DNA from: Macrostomum hystrix
Taxonomy: Eukaryota; Animalia; Platyhelminthes
Direction: 5' to 3'
NCBI GenBank assembly: GCA_950097015.1
Contig: CATNEN010000024.1
Location: forward strand, 2,666,001-2,730,000
DNA: 64,000 nucleotides
A program made the position numbers and the translations under genes. The first letter of the stretch is position 1. The number at the start of each line of letters is the position of its first letter. Below, piece after piece: positions 12,081-25,682 of the stretch. Under the pieces are notes generated by a model. It was not told the DNA's origin, ran no database searches, and worked only from the letters and a program-made list of their open reading frames with translations.

Positions 12081-12842
12081 GCTAGGAATAGAGTGGATTG
12101 CTAGCCTATGCGGGTCATTAGCTAGGAATAGAGTGGATTGCTAGCCTATGCCATTGTGTTAAGGAATAGAGTGGATTGCTAGCCTATGCCATTGTGCTAA
12201 GGAATAGAGTGGATTGCTAGCCTATGCCATTGTGCTAAGGAATAGAGTGGATTGCTAGCCTATGCCATTGTGTTAAGGAATAGAGTGGATTGCTAGCCTA
12301 TGCCATTGTGCTAAGGAATAGAGTGGATTGCTAGCCTATGCCATTGTGTTAAGGAATAGAGTGGATTGCTAGCCTATGCCATTGTGCTAAGGAATAGAGT
12401 GGATTGCTAGCCTATGCCATTGTGCTAAGGAATAGAGTGGATTGCTAGCCTATGCCATTGTGTTAAGGAATAGAGTGGATTGCTAGCCTATGCCATTGTG
12501 TTAAGGAATAGAGTGGATTGCTAGCCTATGCCATTGTGTTAAGGAATAGAGTGGATTGCTAGCCTATGCCATTGTGTGAAGGAATAGAGTGGATTGCTAG
12601 CCTATGCCATTGTGTTATGGAATAGAGTGGATTGCTAGCCTATGCCATTGTGTTAAGGAATAGAGTGGATTGCTAGTCTATCCCACGGATGAAGGAATGG
12701 AATGGATTGCTAATCTATCTCATAGGTGAAGGAATAGAATGGAATGCTAATCTATCTCATAGGTGAAGGAATAGAATGGATTGCTAATCTATCTCATAGG
12801 TGAAGGAATAGAATGGATTGCTAATCTATCTCATAGGTGAAA
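12081..12842. repeat. 38-bp array grading into a 37-bp array
   Basis: AGGAATAGAGTGGATTGCTAGCCTATGCCATTGTGTTA to about 12680, then GAAGGAATAGAATGGATTGCTAATCTATCTCATAGGT, which is the reverse-complement family of the 4639-5597 array. Confidence 0.92.
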
Positions 12843-13829
12843 GAACAGAAGTATTTTCTTGAACACAAAAACAAAACTTAAGATAACTCAAAGCAGGGAG
12901 TTAATTCTCCTGCATGATGCAGCATTATTAATCTGTGCGCAGCTGCAACTTTCTCTCAGCTAACAATGAAATTATTGTCATGCTCATGCATTTTTTGTTC
13001 GGAAGTTAAAATCCTTCAGTCAAGATTCCCATAGCTTTCAAAGCAGCTTGGTGTTTGCCAAATGTTCGGTCATTACTCTTGATTTCTGTTTTCTTTTTGA
13101 ATCTCAATGCTTTTTTTGTTCTTGCTTAAATACTTCTTCATCCTGAGCGCGTGTGCTATAGCCCCTGTGTTTGCCGGACTGTCTGCCAACAACAGTGAAA
13201 GAGAGGAACTTACTCAATGCTGCCATAAGGGGATTACCGAAGTTGGCTGATGGAGAGAGTTGAGGCTCTCTAAAAAATGTTTTTGAGAAGTTTGCTCAGC
13301 GTGACAAAGAAAGCTTTTCCTATCCATTGGCCGGTGTTGACCTACAGAGGCTGATGCTGAACTCGAGCAGTATGAGGGTGGCCCGTCTTGTCTTTCAAGT
13401 TGCTTTTTGCCAGCCTCATGACCGGCAAGTTTCATTTCCTCCGCTTCCATGATATAACCTATTTGTGTTTGAAAGTGAAGCCAGCGGGAGGGAAATTGGG
13501 GAACTTGGACCAATTTCAAATCCCAATATTTCCTTATTTTCTAGGCCCGTTTGTCTGAACATATGATAGCCATTTGTCTGTTATTTACTGCTGTCTTATA
13601 TTGATTGGTCATTTAGATTCGGATCAAACTAAATTGGATCAAATTTCTAGTTTTTTCAACTCTTCAACAAATCTTATTGTTGGCTAGAATAACGCGTTGA
13701 AAGGCCTTACAATGTCCACTTTGGCTTTGTTGACTTTTGTCTATGGTAAAAGTGTTTGCTTAAACTGGCAGTTTGTCAGATGGTTGAAATTGAGGAATTT
13801 TGGCTGCATTTTAGCTCTTTATGCTAGCT

Positions 13830-13960
13830 ATGCACTGAGGAGCTTGTAACCGAGAGGTCAAGAGTTCGAATCCCAGACCAATCTGTGTCCTTCAGCTGTG
13901 CCAACTGACTGTGCATCCGGCCCAAAAAGGTTATGTGCAATCTAGTTCTACGAGTATAAA
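13830..13960 (+). mobile_element. Degenerate tRNA-derived SINE head
   Basis: GAGGTCAAGAGTTCGAATCCCAG B-box, followed by a TGTGTCCTT core-like start. Confidence 0.45.
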
Positions 13961-14042
13961 TAGTTAGTTAGTAACTGCGTGTCCACCTGTAACTATGCTA
14001 TTGTTATCGGAAAAGAAAAAAATTATTTTATTAATAAATTAA

Positions 14043-14510
14043 CAGTAGAACTATCAAGGAGTGTGAATTCCCCCCTGACAATTCATTCTTCTACGCCCGA
14101 ACGGAGCAATGCAAGCACACGAAACTCAAGAACACGGGCCAACTTTTTGTTGCGCATCTTCTGAAACAAGAATCAAGTCGCCAGCTCTTCAGACCGTCGA
14201 GATATTCAATGGTTCTGGCCGAAGGTCCGATTTTTCCCATTCGAGCTAGTGTATTTCATACACCCCTATACACGAATTTGCACTGCGCCTCAGTGCGGCC
14301 TTGCCAGGCCTTCAAAATTGATCAGCATGTCACCCGAATGTGCCTGCATCATCTCCGTCTTCGGTGGTCACCTAACTTTATCTAGACGGACTGCTGGACC
14401 TTCAAGGGCTACAACAGTTGGAACTAGGTCACAATGGACACCCTGACGCGAATTTAGGGGGGGGCCCTTGGTATAAAAACGGGCGGCAAAATGGCTTGGT
14501 AGTCCTACTG
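14043..14510. mobile_element. Non-autonomous TIR element (CAGTAG family), short copy, 468 bp
   Basis: Imperfect TIRs CAGTAGAACTATCAAG / CTTGGTAGTCCTACTG. About 320 bp of the interior is nearly identical to 29770-30090, and the 3' about 50 bp is shared with 30530-30577. Confidence 0.8.
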
Positions 14511-15119
14511 TAGGATGCGGGGATGAAGCCAGCATGTGCTGACCATGCCAGCGACAGAAGTCTGGAGGCTAAGAAGTCGTGTTTATCAGCAATAATTGAC
14601 ACCAGACAATGCCAGGGGGCCAGGGTTCTGTTCAGACATAGCTCGTAGATAAGGCGAACAGAGAATGAAGACATTTTAATTGTATGATTTCCAATCGAAT
14701 CTAGGATATTTTTTCAGGCAGAATTGGTGGGAATCGGTGTTGCTCAGAGTGTCGGCAGCGGCTTGGTAACAAAGAAGATGTGGGTCTCCCGCGGATCGCG
14801 CTGGTAACCAGGACCAAATGTGTCGCCAACTTTCACTTCATCCCCCTTGAAGATTGTGTTCTGCGGTGGCTTTTTTATCCCATTCATTCGCAGTTTTTTC
14901 CCAGTTGATGATTGACAGATGTAGTCAAGTGGGGTTGGGACGATAACTATAGGGCAATGTTGGACATATTTTAAATCGAATCAAAGTTTAGAGACAAAGA
15001 CTTCTATTTTAGTTGCACACCTTAGGAGCTTTCTTGATTTTAATCAATCACACCTTAACAAAATATAGAATAGATTAAAGCCAGCATTGCAAAAGATACA
15101 TTAAACTCTGAAATACGAG

Positions 15120-15930
15120 CTAAAAATGACACTTCTGGGATCACAGAAAATGACACTTCTGAGATCACAGAAAATGACACTTCTGAGATCACAGAAAATG
15201 ACACTTGAGATCCCAGAAAGTGACACTTTTTAGATCCCAGAAAATCACACTTTTTAGATCCCAGAAAAATACACTTTTGAGATCACAGAAAAATGCACTT
15301 TTGAGATCACAGAAAATGACAATTCCCAGATCCCAGAAAATCACACTTTTTAGATCCCAGAAAATCACACTTTTTAGATCCCAGAAAATCACACTTTTGA
15401 GATCCCAGAAAATGACACTTTTTAGATCCCAGAAAATCACACTTTTTAGATCCCAGAAAATGACAATTCCCAGATCCCAGAAAATCACACTTTTTAGATC
15501 CCAGAAAATCACACTTTTTAGATCCCAGAAAATCACACTTTTTAGATCCCAGAAAATCACACTTTTGAGATCCCAGAAAATGACACTTTTTAGATCCCAG
15601 AAAATCACACTTTTTAGATCCCAGAAAAATACACTTTTGAGATCACAGAAAAATGCACTTTTGAGATCACAGAAAATGACAATTCCCAGATCCCAGAAAA
15701 TCACACTTTTTAGATCCCAGAAAATCACACTTTTTAGATCCCAGAAAATCACACTTTTGAGATCCCAGAAAAATACACTTTTGAGATCCCAGAAAATCAC
15801 ACTTTTTAGATCACAGAAAATCACACTTTTTAGATCACAGAAAATCACACTTTTTAGATCCCAGAAAAATACACTTTTGAGATCCCAGAAAATGACAATT
15901 CCCAGATCCCAGAAAATGGCGACTCTGAGA
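15120..15930. repeat. 24-bp minisatellite with higher-order structure
   Basis: Unit TTTTAGATCCCAGAAAATCACACT, with a recurrent ACAATTCC variant. Confidence 0.93.
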
Positions 15931-16622
15931 TTGTGAAGAATGACAGTTTTGGGAATTATGATACCTTTTTAGGTCCCAAAAAGTTCATGACTTCTCGCAA
16001 ATAAAAGAAACAAACAAAGAATGTAGCTAGCTAAAAGTGCATTTTTCGCATTATCCAACGAGTCAAACAAAAGTTTGTGCAATTTTTTATTGACAAGTTA
16101 AGCAGATATAAGCGCTTCTTAATTATGTGTTTCTCTGTGCTTCAGCTTACAAAAAGTTAAGTAACAATTAATATTTAATATAACAAATAGACCTAATTAT
16201 AACAAACAAAAAACTGGCAGACAAAAAGCACAAATTGATCTTCCGAAATTGACAGCATTTTGATAGCGTATGGGCAACGATACTGTAGGCTGTTAACAGC
16301 TGCCTAAAAACTTTTCAAATTCAGAAATTGTTCGAACTGTAAACACAGTCTTTTTGGTTTTACCAAGTAATAAAACTACAGTGTAGTTTTAGGTGCAAAA
16401 AATCATAACGAGTTTGTAGTAATTTTACCAGAGATCAATGTACAAGTGAGGAGCGGCATGCATTGTTAGTACAGTTTTTCATTTAGTTTATGACTTTTTA
16501 TTCTATAAATTGGTTGCTTAGATAAGATAAGACGATTCAGTAAAAACTGGATCTCTCCAGTTAGTCTAAATTTAAAACTAAAAAGTTTGTCAAATTAGTT
16601 GGTTCGAGATGAAAAGCTAGTC

Positions 16623-19600
16623 CTATTCTCGTTTATCCTCAAAGCTTGACGCCGCCGAAGACAACTGCTGCTGCTGCTGCAGCTGTGGCAGCGGAGGCAT
16701 TGGTGGCAGCATGCCAGGCGGCCAGAAGCACGGTCTGGACAGCAGGTGGTAGGGCGGCGGGAAGAACAGCTCGTGCGGCATCCTTTGATGCTGCTGCGAG
16801 TGCTGATGAATCGGCGGCGGCGGCGGCAGCGGATGCGGAGGTCCGGGAGGTGGCGGCAGCAGAAGATGATGCGGAAAATGTGACGTCGACTGCTGCTGCT
16901 GCTGCTGCTGCGCAATGGAAGTGAAAGCGCCGCTAGAGATTAGCGGACTGAATGACGCGGCCTGGCGGCTGATCCCCGGTGGCAGCGGCATCGCCGGCGG
17001 CATTTGAGGCATCGGCGACGAAGGCCGCTGCTGCTGATGGCTGGGCCGCAGTCTGGCAGCTGACGCCGGGTCGACTGCCAGGAAGTGCTCGATAGCCTTG
17101 ACAGCATCGCCGCAGCAGTTTTGCAGCACGACTTCCAGCGACTGGCGCCTCTGCGCTGGAAACAGACGCTCGAGAATTTGCAGGGCCGACAGTCGGCCTG
17201 GCCGGGCCTGCTTCGGCGAAGCTGACGCTGCTGAAGTGCTTCGCCGACTGCTTGACGTTAGCTGCTGCTGCTGCTGCTGCAGGGGCTGGTGCTGCGGGGA
17301 AGAACCCGGTGACGACTTGAGTTCAACTTCCTTCTCATCGACGCCATGACCATTGCAGTCGGCCTGCTTTTTAAATTGTGCTTCGATTGGCGCTAGCTGT
17401 GACTGCTGCTGCTGTTGCTGCGACATTGGTTTGAGCTGGCTCCGTTTCTTTGCTGGCGGGGGCTGATCTTCGTCATCGCCGATTGAGGCGCCTTGAACTG
17501 AAAATGTTTGCGATTTCGAGTTTAATAAAACCAGAAAAATAAACAGCTGAACTTCTCTTGAAACACCTGAACTTCTCTTGAAACACCTGAACTTCTATTG
17601 AAACACCTGAACTTCTATTGAAACACCTGAACTTCTATTGAAACACCTGAACTTCTACTGAAACACCTGAATTTCTATTGAAACACCTGAATTTCTATTG
17701 AAACACCTGAACTTCTATTAAAACACCTGAATTTCTATTGAAACACCTGAACTTCTACTGAAAAACCTGAATTTCTATTGAAACACCTGAATTTCTATTG
17801 AAACACCTGAATTTCTATTGAAACACCTGAACTTCTATTGAAACACCTGAACTTCTATTGAAACACCTGAACTTCTATTGAAACACCTGAACTTCTATTG
17901 AAACACCTGAACTTCTATTGAAACACCTGAACTTCTACTGAAACACCTGAACTTCTATTGAAACACCTGAACTTCTATTGAAACACCTGAACTTCTACTG
18001 AAACACCTGAACTTCTACTGAAACACCTGAACTTCTACTGAAACACCTGAACTTCTATTGAAACACCTGAACTTCTATTGAAACACCTGAACTTCTATTG
18101 AAACACCTGAACTTCTATTGAAACACCTGAACTTCTACTGAAACACCTGAACTTCTACAGAAACACCTGAACTTCTCTTGAAACACCTGAAATTCTATCG
18201 AAACACCTGAATTTCTATTGAAACACCTGAACTTATCTTGAAACACCTGAAATTCTATTGAAACACCTGAACTTCTATTGAAACACCTGAACTTCTATTG
18301 AAACACCTAAAAAATGGTGTCTAACAGATTAAAAAACCGAGTCAACTCAAACAAAAATTCTCTTTTTTTCGATTGGCAGGAAATTTCAATTCTCTTAGGC
18401 CTCGCTCTGATTGTCTAATCTCGTAGATCTACACACATGTTTCTCCCCTAAAAAGAGTGTTTGTAACTCGATACCAAGTGGCATATGTCGATTGTAGGAT
18501 TAAAATCCCACGCAACTATGCAAGTCAACTTGAGTCTTGACAATCTGAAGTTACGAATAATTGTCCCACATAATTTGAGTGGTTTTCATTTTGCGAATTC
18601 GTCTTCAATCAAATATAAGAATTTAGAGACACCCGACTCCTTGTGTCTTACACAAACTTGTTTGTCTAACAGGGTGTTCCTCCATAGAATTTGACTAATA
18701 TTAGGGGAGAAAAAATCAGAATCAAAATTCAGCCAACAGACACAAAAACCGACAGAGCTTGGAAAGAGTAAACACTTTATCGGAGCGAAAATTGAGACCT
18801 ATGAGACTCAAACTTCGCCGGACTAAGCCAGAGTTCCAGAATTGCATCACAATCTTAAGTCCCGCATTATATTTAGAAACTGTTCTAAACGTAAATCAAT
18901 CAATCAATCAAATCACTGATTTGAAATCAGAAGATCAACTATACGTATATCGATATCGGACAGAAAGATCTAAAAGTGACCATTTTTTAGTTTCAAGTTC
19001 TCAACGTGCATACCTGGGCAATTGGTGTCCAAGGTTTGATAAATTGAAGAGGTTAGTATGTATAGTCAGTGTTTGCTCAGCTTTGAGTTAAGTGAGCTTG
19101 GAGACTCGAAAATTTTCATTGTTTAGTTTCCATGGAGTCGAAATTGAAGGATTTCTTAGCTAATGTCATTCTTAACGGGGAAAATATTTAGACAGCGGTT
19201 GGAAAGCATTGTAGAAACTGAAATAGTAGACGGATAGAATGTTTTATTGTCTTCTTATAGGTTGCGTCAAAAGGCAAAAACCATGAGTAGCATTGTGCAG
19301 TAGTCAGGGACTGTCACGTTGGAATAGCCAGAGAGACACTGCATGTGGGGTGGACAAAGGGAGATACATTGTAGTGTGGACAGAGAGACATTGTGGAGGT
19401 AGCCAGAGAGACATTGTGGAGGTAGCCAGAGCGACATTGTGGGGGTAGTCAAAGAGACATTGTGGGGTAGCCAGAGAGACATTGTGGGGGTAGTCAGAGA
19501 GACATTGTGGGGTAGCCAGAAAGACATTGTGGGGTAGCCAGAGAGACACCATGGGTTGGCTAGAGAGACATTGTGGGGGTAGCCAGGGAGACATTGTGGT

Positions 19601-20517
19601 GTAGCCAGAGAGACATTGTGGGGGTAGTCAAAGAGACATTGTGGGGTAGCCAGAGAGACATTGTGGGGGTAGTCAGAGAGACATTGTGGAGGTAGCCAGA
19701 AAGACATTGTGGGGGTAGCCAGAGAGACATTGTGGGGGTAGTCAGAGAGACATTGTGGGGGTAGCCAGAGAGACATTGTGGAGGTAGCCAGAGAGAAATT
19801 GTGGAGGTAGCCAGGGAGACATTGTGGTGTAGCCAGAAAGACATTGTGGGGTAGTTGGTGGGCCGACAATTTGAGCTCTATAGACTCACCTCTTCCGCTA
19901 TCCGGTGTGGCTGCAGCCTCTGGCTCCTCGCTAAACTCGTCAGCGCCGTCCAGTTCGGCTGCCGCTGCCGCAGCCGCCTCGTCATCATCGTCGTCGTCCT
20001 CATCTCGCCCGGCTTCGTCGCCTTCCAGCTCGTCGCCGCCAGCGTCGGCCAGAGCCAGCCTTCGCTGCTGCAGCATCGCCTCCGCCTGGTCCATCGGCTC
20101 CGTGACGCACTCCGGGCCCCAGAGCGGACCGGAAGACAGCACCGGGGCGCCGCCGTCGGCGAAGCTACGCAGCCCGATGGCCACGGCGTCCTCGGCGCTC
20201 TGCTGACGCTTCAGAGCCACCTGAGCGGCCATGACCCGCTGCCGTTCGGCGATGAGATTGCACTTGGCGCAGGCGCAGTCCTTGAATCGGCAGTGCCGCT
20301 TGTGACCCTTCAGCCAGCTCACCATGCCGTGGTTGCGGCAGCGGGCACACTTCGGCTTCCTGGCGCCCTTCTCCGTCACCGGATAGATTGGCGGCTGCAT
20401 CAGCTTCACCAGCGACCGGGTCAGCGCCGGGTCGAGAAACGGCGCCCTCAGCGCGGCCGAATGAGGCGGCCCGGCAGTTGTGGAAGACGGCTGAGGCGGT
20501 CTGTGCGGAGGCTCCAT
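16623..20517 (-). CDS. Dmrt93B: Doublesex/mab-3-related transcription factor, Dmrt93B type (DM + DMA domains), 2 exons, 500 aa
   Basis: Exons 20517-19890 and 17497-16623, with a phase-1 intron (G|GTGAGT ... TTTTCAG|). DM domain: [72 protein letters not shown] domain: [51 protein letters not shown] and ALKRQQ match the Dmrt93B signature as I recall it. Confidence 0.88.
17545..18310. repeat. 20-bp minisatellite, Dmrt intron
   Basis: Unit GAAACACCTGAACTTCTATT, about 38 copies. Confidence 0.95.
19325..19852. repeat. 22-23-bp degenerate minisatellite, Dmrt intron
   Basis: Unit GTAGCCAGAGAGACATTGTGGGG. It explains the repetitive C-terminal extension of the raw ORF 19267-20517. Confidence 0.9.
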
Positions 20518-21109
20518 ATTTGACGGAGGCTCTCAAGTGTCAATCAAAGACTTGGTGGCGGGGGAGAGTTTTGGTCTGAATTTTTGTTCCAACTACTGAC
20601 TGGCGGTTTTCAACTATTCTAGCAAAAATATCCCCTTGTATCACCTCCTCTTTAGCCCGCTAGCAAACTGATCCATTGCAGAGCTGACCAATTGAAAACC
20701 GTTTGACAAGACCGCATCCCCTTTCATCCCTGTCCTGCTTTCTGTTAAGATCCCTAATTCAGCGATCGAAATCCCCTTCCCGGCCAATGGCCGCTGCACG
20801 CGGTGCGCCCTACCCCCCCTGTCCAGGCTATATCGAATTTTTCATCCAATTTCAACCGAAACGGAAATTATAGTCGACAATTTATTATCTAGAACGAGGC
20901 GGATAGAAACTGGGCAAACAGATTAGCTATGGGGACATTCATCCCAAGCTGCGAAAATGCTGTTAAAGATCTCAAACCTGATTGACCAAGGTGGGAAAGA
21001 TCATTACTAGAGAAGGCTGCGGAGTTATTCAGGAAATGAATGGATATCAAAGGAAATTGCCGCCCTGACCTGCGGCATCTCTGCTTTCAAAAGCCTGAAT
21101 AAAAGTAGA

Positions 21110-21947
21110 TGAGAATGTGATTGAGAATGAGAATGAGAATGAGAATGAGAATGTGATTGAGAATGAGAATGAGAATGAGAATGAGAATGTGATTGAGAAT
21201 GAGAATGAGAATGAGAATGTGATTGAGAATGAGAATGAGAATGAGAATGAGAATGTGATTGAGAATGAGAATGAGAATGAGAATGTGATTGAGAATGAGA
21301 ATGAGAATGAGAATGAGAATGAGAATGAGAATGAGAATGAGAATGAGAATGAGAATGAGAATGAGAATGAGAATGTGATTGAGAATGAGAATGAGAATGA
21401 GAATGAGAATGAGAATGAGAATGTGATTGAGAATGAGAATGAGAATGTGATTGAGAATGAGAATGAGAATGAGAATGAGAATGAGAATGTGATTGAGAAT
21501 GAGAATGAGAATGAGAATGAGAATGAGATTGATAATGAGATTGAGAATGAGAATGAGAATGAGATTGAGAATGAGAATGAGAATGAGATTGAGAATGAGA
21601 TTGAGAATGAGATTGAGAATGAGATTGAGAATGAGAATGAGAATGAGATTGAGAATGAGATTAAGAATGAGATTGAGAATGAGATTGAGAATGAGATTGA
21701 GAATGAGAATGAGAATGAGAATGGGAATGAGAATGACAATGACAATAGGAATGAGAATTGAAATGAGAATGGCAATGGGAATGAGAATGACAATGGGAAT
21801 GAGAATAACAATGGGAATGAGAATGACAATAGGAGTGAGAATGAGAATGAGAATGAGAATGAGAATGAGAATGAGAATGGGAATGAGAATGAAAATGAGA
21901 ATGAGAATGAGAATGAGAATGAGAATGAGAATGAGAATGAGAATGAG
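21110..21947. repeat. (GAGAAT)n hexamer microsatellite
   Basis: Long GAGAAT run with GTGATT and GAGATT variants. Confidence 0.97.
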
Positions 21948-22199
21948 AAAGAAACAGTCCTCTTTTACCGAAGATACACATTTTTATTTTCCACCATTCC
22001 ACCTAGAGGATTTTTAAATTGGTGCCATCGCTTGACCGCTTACAATATCCTAAACTCTTTACTAATAGTAGTTACAAATCAATTCCCGTTCCCGTACCGA
22101 ATTATAGAATCGACAACAGTGACAAGAAATTTAAAGACAAAAATTATAATTTTTTTGTTCCTTAAACAACAAATCACATCCTTGAATTGCATGAGATCA

Positions 22200-22420
22200 A
22201 TAGATGTACAGCTAGGGCACAGCCGCAGCTATTGCACGGCGCATGCAAAGCCTGTGTACAGTTGCTCAGTCCGTGGACTGGCGAATCCACTGGGTTTGTC
22301 TCTTTTGGACAGCTGTTAGAAATGAAGATTAAGTGTTTAGTGCTAGGACACCAATTTGTTTTCTGTGGGTTGAGACTCGAACCCATGACCTATTTATCAA
22401 CATTCCGAAACTCTAACCTC
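22200..22420 (-). mobile_element. Degenerate tRNA-derived SINE (family A-like)
   Basis: Shares GGGCACAGCCGCAGCTATTGC and TCAGTCCGTGGACT with 36390-36470; B-box remnant CTCGAACC at about 22376. Confidence 0.6.
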
Positions 22421-22504
22421 TGCTACCCTAATAATCTCGTCAAAATCTCCATAGAGAACGTCTTTTGAATCTAACACAACAAGCTCTTTTCAGAACTTCA
22501 TGAC

Positions 22505-22945
22505 AATCTACATTAGAATCGCATGAGAATCTCCCCTAAGAATCTTACGAGAATCTCCCCTAAGAATCTTACGAGAATCTCCCCTAAGAATCTTACGAGA
22601 ATCTCCCCTAAGAATCTTACGAGAATCTCCCCTGAGAATCTTACGAGAATCTCCCTGAGAATCTTACGAGAATCTCCCTGAGAATCTTACGAGAATCCTC
22701 CTGAGAATCTTACGAGAATCTCCCTGAGAATCGCTCGAGAATCTCCCTGAGAATCGCTCGAGAATCCTCCTGAGAATCTTACGAGAATCTCCCTGAGAAT
22801 CTTACGAGAATCCTCCTGAGAATCTTACGAGAATCCTCCTGAGAATCGCTCGAGAATCTCCCTGAGAATCGCTCGAGAATCTCCCTGAGAATCGCTCGAG
22901 AATCTCCCTGAGAATCTTACGAGAATCTCCCCTAAGAATCTTACA
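22505..22945. repeat. 23-24-bp minisatellite
   Basis: Unit GAGAATCTCCC(C)T(A/G)AGAATCTTAC. Confidence 0.92.
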
Positions 22946-23574
22946 AGTATTCCTTTAAAGTGCCTCCCTACTTTATTTATAATCGATTAGTACTTGATAA
23001 AAAATAGCTAAAGGGAAAAATCTTGTCCCGTTCTGATATGCATTATTTAAAACTACTCACCACTCGCTGCTCATATCAACTTCCTAACCAAGGAGCATAT
23101 AATAAGTCATATGAGTTCGCAATGTCATTTTTAGTTTGAAAATATCTAACCGCAACAAACCGGTTCGTGCTCAATGGGGGGGTTCTTTTGAGTATAGAAT
23201 ATGCGGGTCATAGGAAAAATAAGCGAAATTGTTGATCCTATGTACGAGTATACGCTCTGTAGACAGTCACAGATAACGTCAAGTAGAAATGGCATATTTC
23301 CCGAGTAGCAGTCCTTTCAAACAAGAGCTCGAATTGAATGGGGTTTTCAATTGCACGCAAAGATAAGACAAAGAATGAAATAGTGTTACTGACACCCTCA
23401 CAAACATGTTTTTATTGAGCAAAGTGGCAAAAACTCGACAAAAGGCGTTTGTAAACGGTTTGGAAAACTGATAAAAAAACAGAACGAGATTAACGTGACT
23501 AAGTGAATTTTAACAATTTTAAAGTTTGCTAGTAAACTAGATCGGATCTTTCTTCTTCATTTCCTTCCGCAGAT

Positions 23575-25682
23575 TTGAGATCTGAAGTCCGAGTATGTCG
23601 ATATGAGAACTGAAGAATGTCTATATGAGAACTGAAGTATGTCTATATGAGAACTGAAGTATGTCTATATGAGAACTGAAGAATGTCTATATGAGAACTG
23701 AAGTATGTCTATATGAGAACTGAAGTATGTCTATATGAGAACTGAAGTATGTCTATTTGAGAACTGAAGTATGTCTATATGAGAACTGAAGTATGTCTAT
23801 ATGAGAACTGAAGTATGTCTATATGAGAACTGAAGTATGTCTATTTATCTGAAGTATGTCTATATGAGAACTGAAGTATGTCTATTTGAGAACTGAAGTA
23901 TGTCTATTTGAGAACTGAATTATGTCTATTTGAGAACTGAAGTATGTCTATTTGAGATCTGAAGTATGTCTATATGAGAACTGAAGTATGTCTATTTGAG
24001 ATCTGAAGTATGTCTATTTGAGAACTGAATTATGTCTATTTGAGAACTGAAGTATGTCTATTTGAGAACTGAAGTATGTCTATATGAGAACTGAAGTATG
24101 TCTATTTGAGAACTGAAGTATGTCTATATGAGATCTGAAGTATGTCTATTTATCTGAAGTATGTCTATTTGAGATCTGAAGTATGTCTATATGAGAACTG
24201 AAGTATGTCTATATGAGAACTGAAGTATGTCTATATGAGAACTGAAGTATGTCTATTTATCTGAAGTATGTCTATATGAGAACTGAAGTATGTCTATTTG
24301 AGAACTGAAGTATGTCTATTTGAGAACTGAATTATGTCTATTTGAGAACTGAAGTATGTCTATTTGAGAACTGAAGAATGTCTATATGAGAACTGAAGAA
24401 TGTCTATATGAGAACTGAAGTATGTCTATATAAGAACTGAAGTATGTCTATTTGAGAACTGAAGCATGTCTATTTGAGAACTGAAGAATGTCTATTTGAG
24501 ATCTGAAGAATGTCTATATGAGAACTGAAGTATGTCTATATGAGAACTGAAGTATGTCTATTTGAGAACTGAAGTATGTCTATATGAGAACTGAAGTATG
24601 TCTATATGAGAACTGAAGTATGTATATTTGAGAACTGAAGCATGTCTATTTGAGAACTGAAGTATGTATATTTGAGAACTGAAGCATGTCTATTTGAGAA
24701 CTGAAGTATGTATATTTGAGAACTGAAGTATGTCTATATGAGAACTGAAGTATGTCTATTTGAGAACTGAAGTATGTCTATTTGAGAACTGAAGTATGTC
24801 TATTTGAGAACTGAAGTATGTCTATTTGAGAACTGAAGTATGTCTATTTGAGAACTGAAGTATGTCTATTTGAGAACTGAAGTATGTCTATTTGAGATCT
24901 AAAGAATGTCTATTTGAGATCTAAAGAATGTCTATTTGAGATCTGAAGTCCGAGAATGTCTATTTGAGAACTGAAGAATGTCTATTTGAGATCTAAAGAA
25001 TGTCTACTTGAGATCTAAAAAATGTCTATTTGAGATCTAAAAAATGTCTACTTGAGATCTAAAAAATGTCTATTTGAGATCTAAAGAATGTCCATTTGAG
25101 ATCTAAAGAATGTCTATTTGAGATCTAAAGAATGTCTATTTGAGATCTAAAGAATGTCTATTTGAGATCTAAAGAATGTCTATTTGAGATCTAAAGAATG
25201 TCTATTTGAGATCTGAAGTCCGAGAATGTCTATTTGAGAACTGAAGAATGTCTATTTGAGATCTAAAGAATGTCTACTTGAGATCTAAAAAATGTCTATT
25301 TGAGATCTAAAAAATGTCTACTTGAGATCTAAAAAATGTCTATTTGAGATCTAAAGAATGTCCATTTGAGATCTAAAGAATGTCTATTTGAGATCTAAAG
25401 AATGTCTATTTGAGATCTAAAGAATGTCTATTTGAGATCTATAGAATGTCTACTTGAGATCTAAAAAATGTCTATTTGAGATCTAAAAAATGTCTATTTG
25501 AGATCTAAAGAATGTCCATTTGAGATCTAAAGAATGTCTATTTGAGATCTAAAGAATGTCTATTTGAGATCTAAAGAATGTCTATTTGAGATCTAAAGAA
25601 TGTCTATTTGAGATCTGAAGTATGTCTATATGAGAACTGAATTATGTCTATTTGAGATCTGAAGTATGTCTATTTGAGATCT
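23575..25682. repeat. 22-bp satellite, 2.1 kb, with a polarized variant gradient
   Basis: GAGAACTGAAGTATGTCTATAT on the left changes to GAGATCTAAAGAATGTCTATTT on the right. Confidence 0.96.

Noticed and set aside
18440-18712. 12-bp inverted repeat TTTCTCCCCTAA / TTAGGGGAGAAA, and small hairpins near 8270, 10790 and 32345
   Set aside because: Too short, with no TSD and no second copy in the window. Cannot be distinguished from chance or very old MITE remnants.
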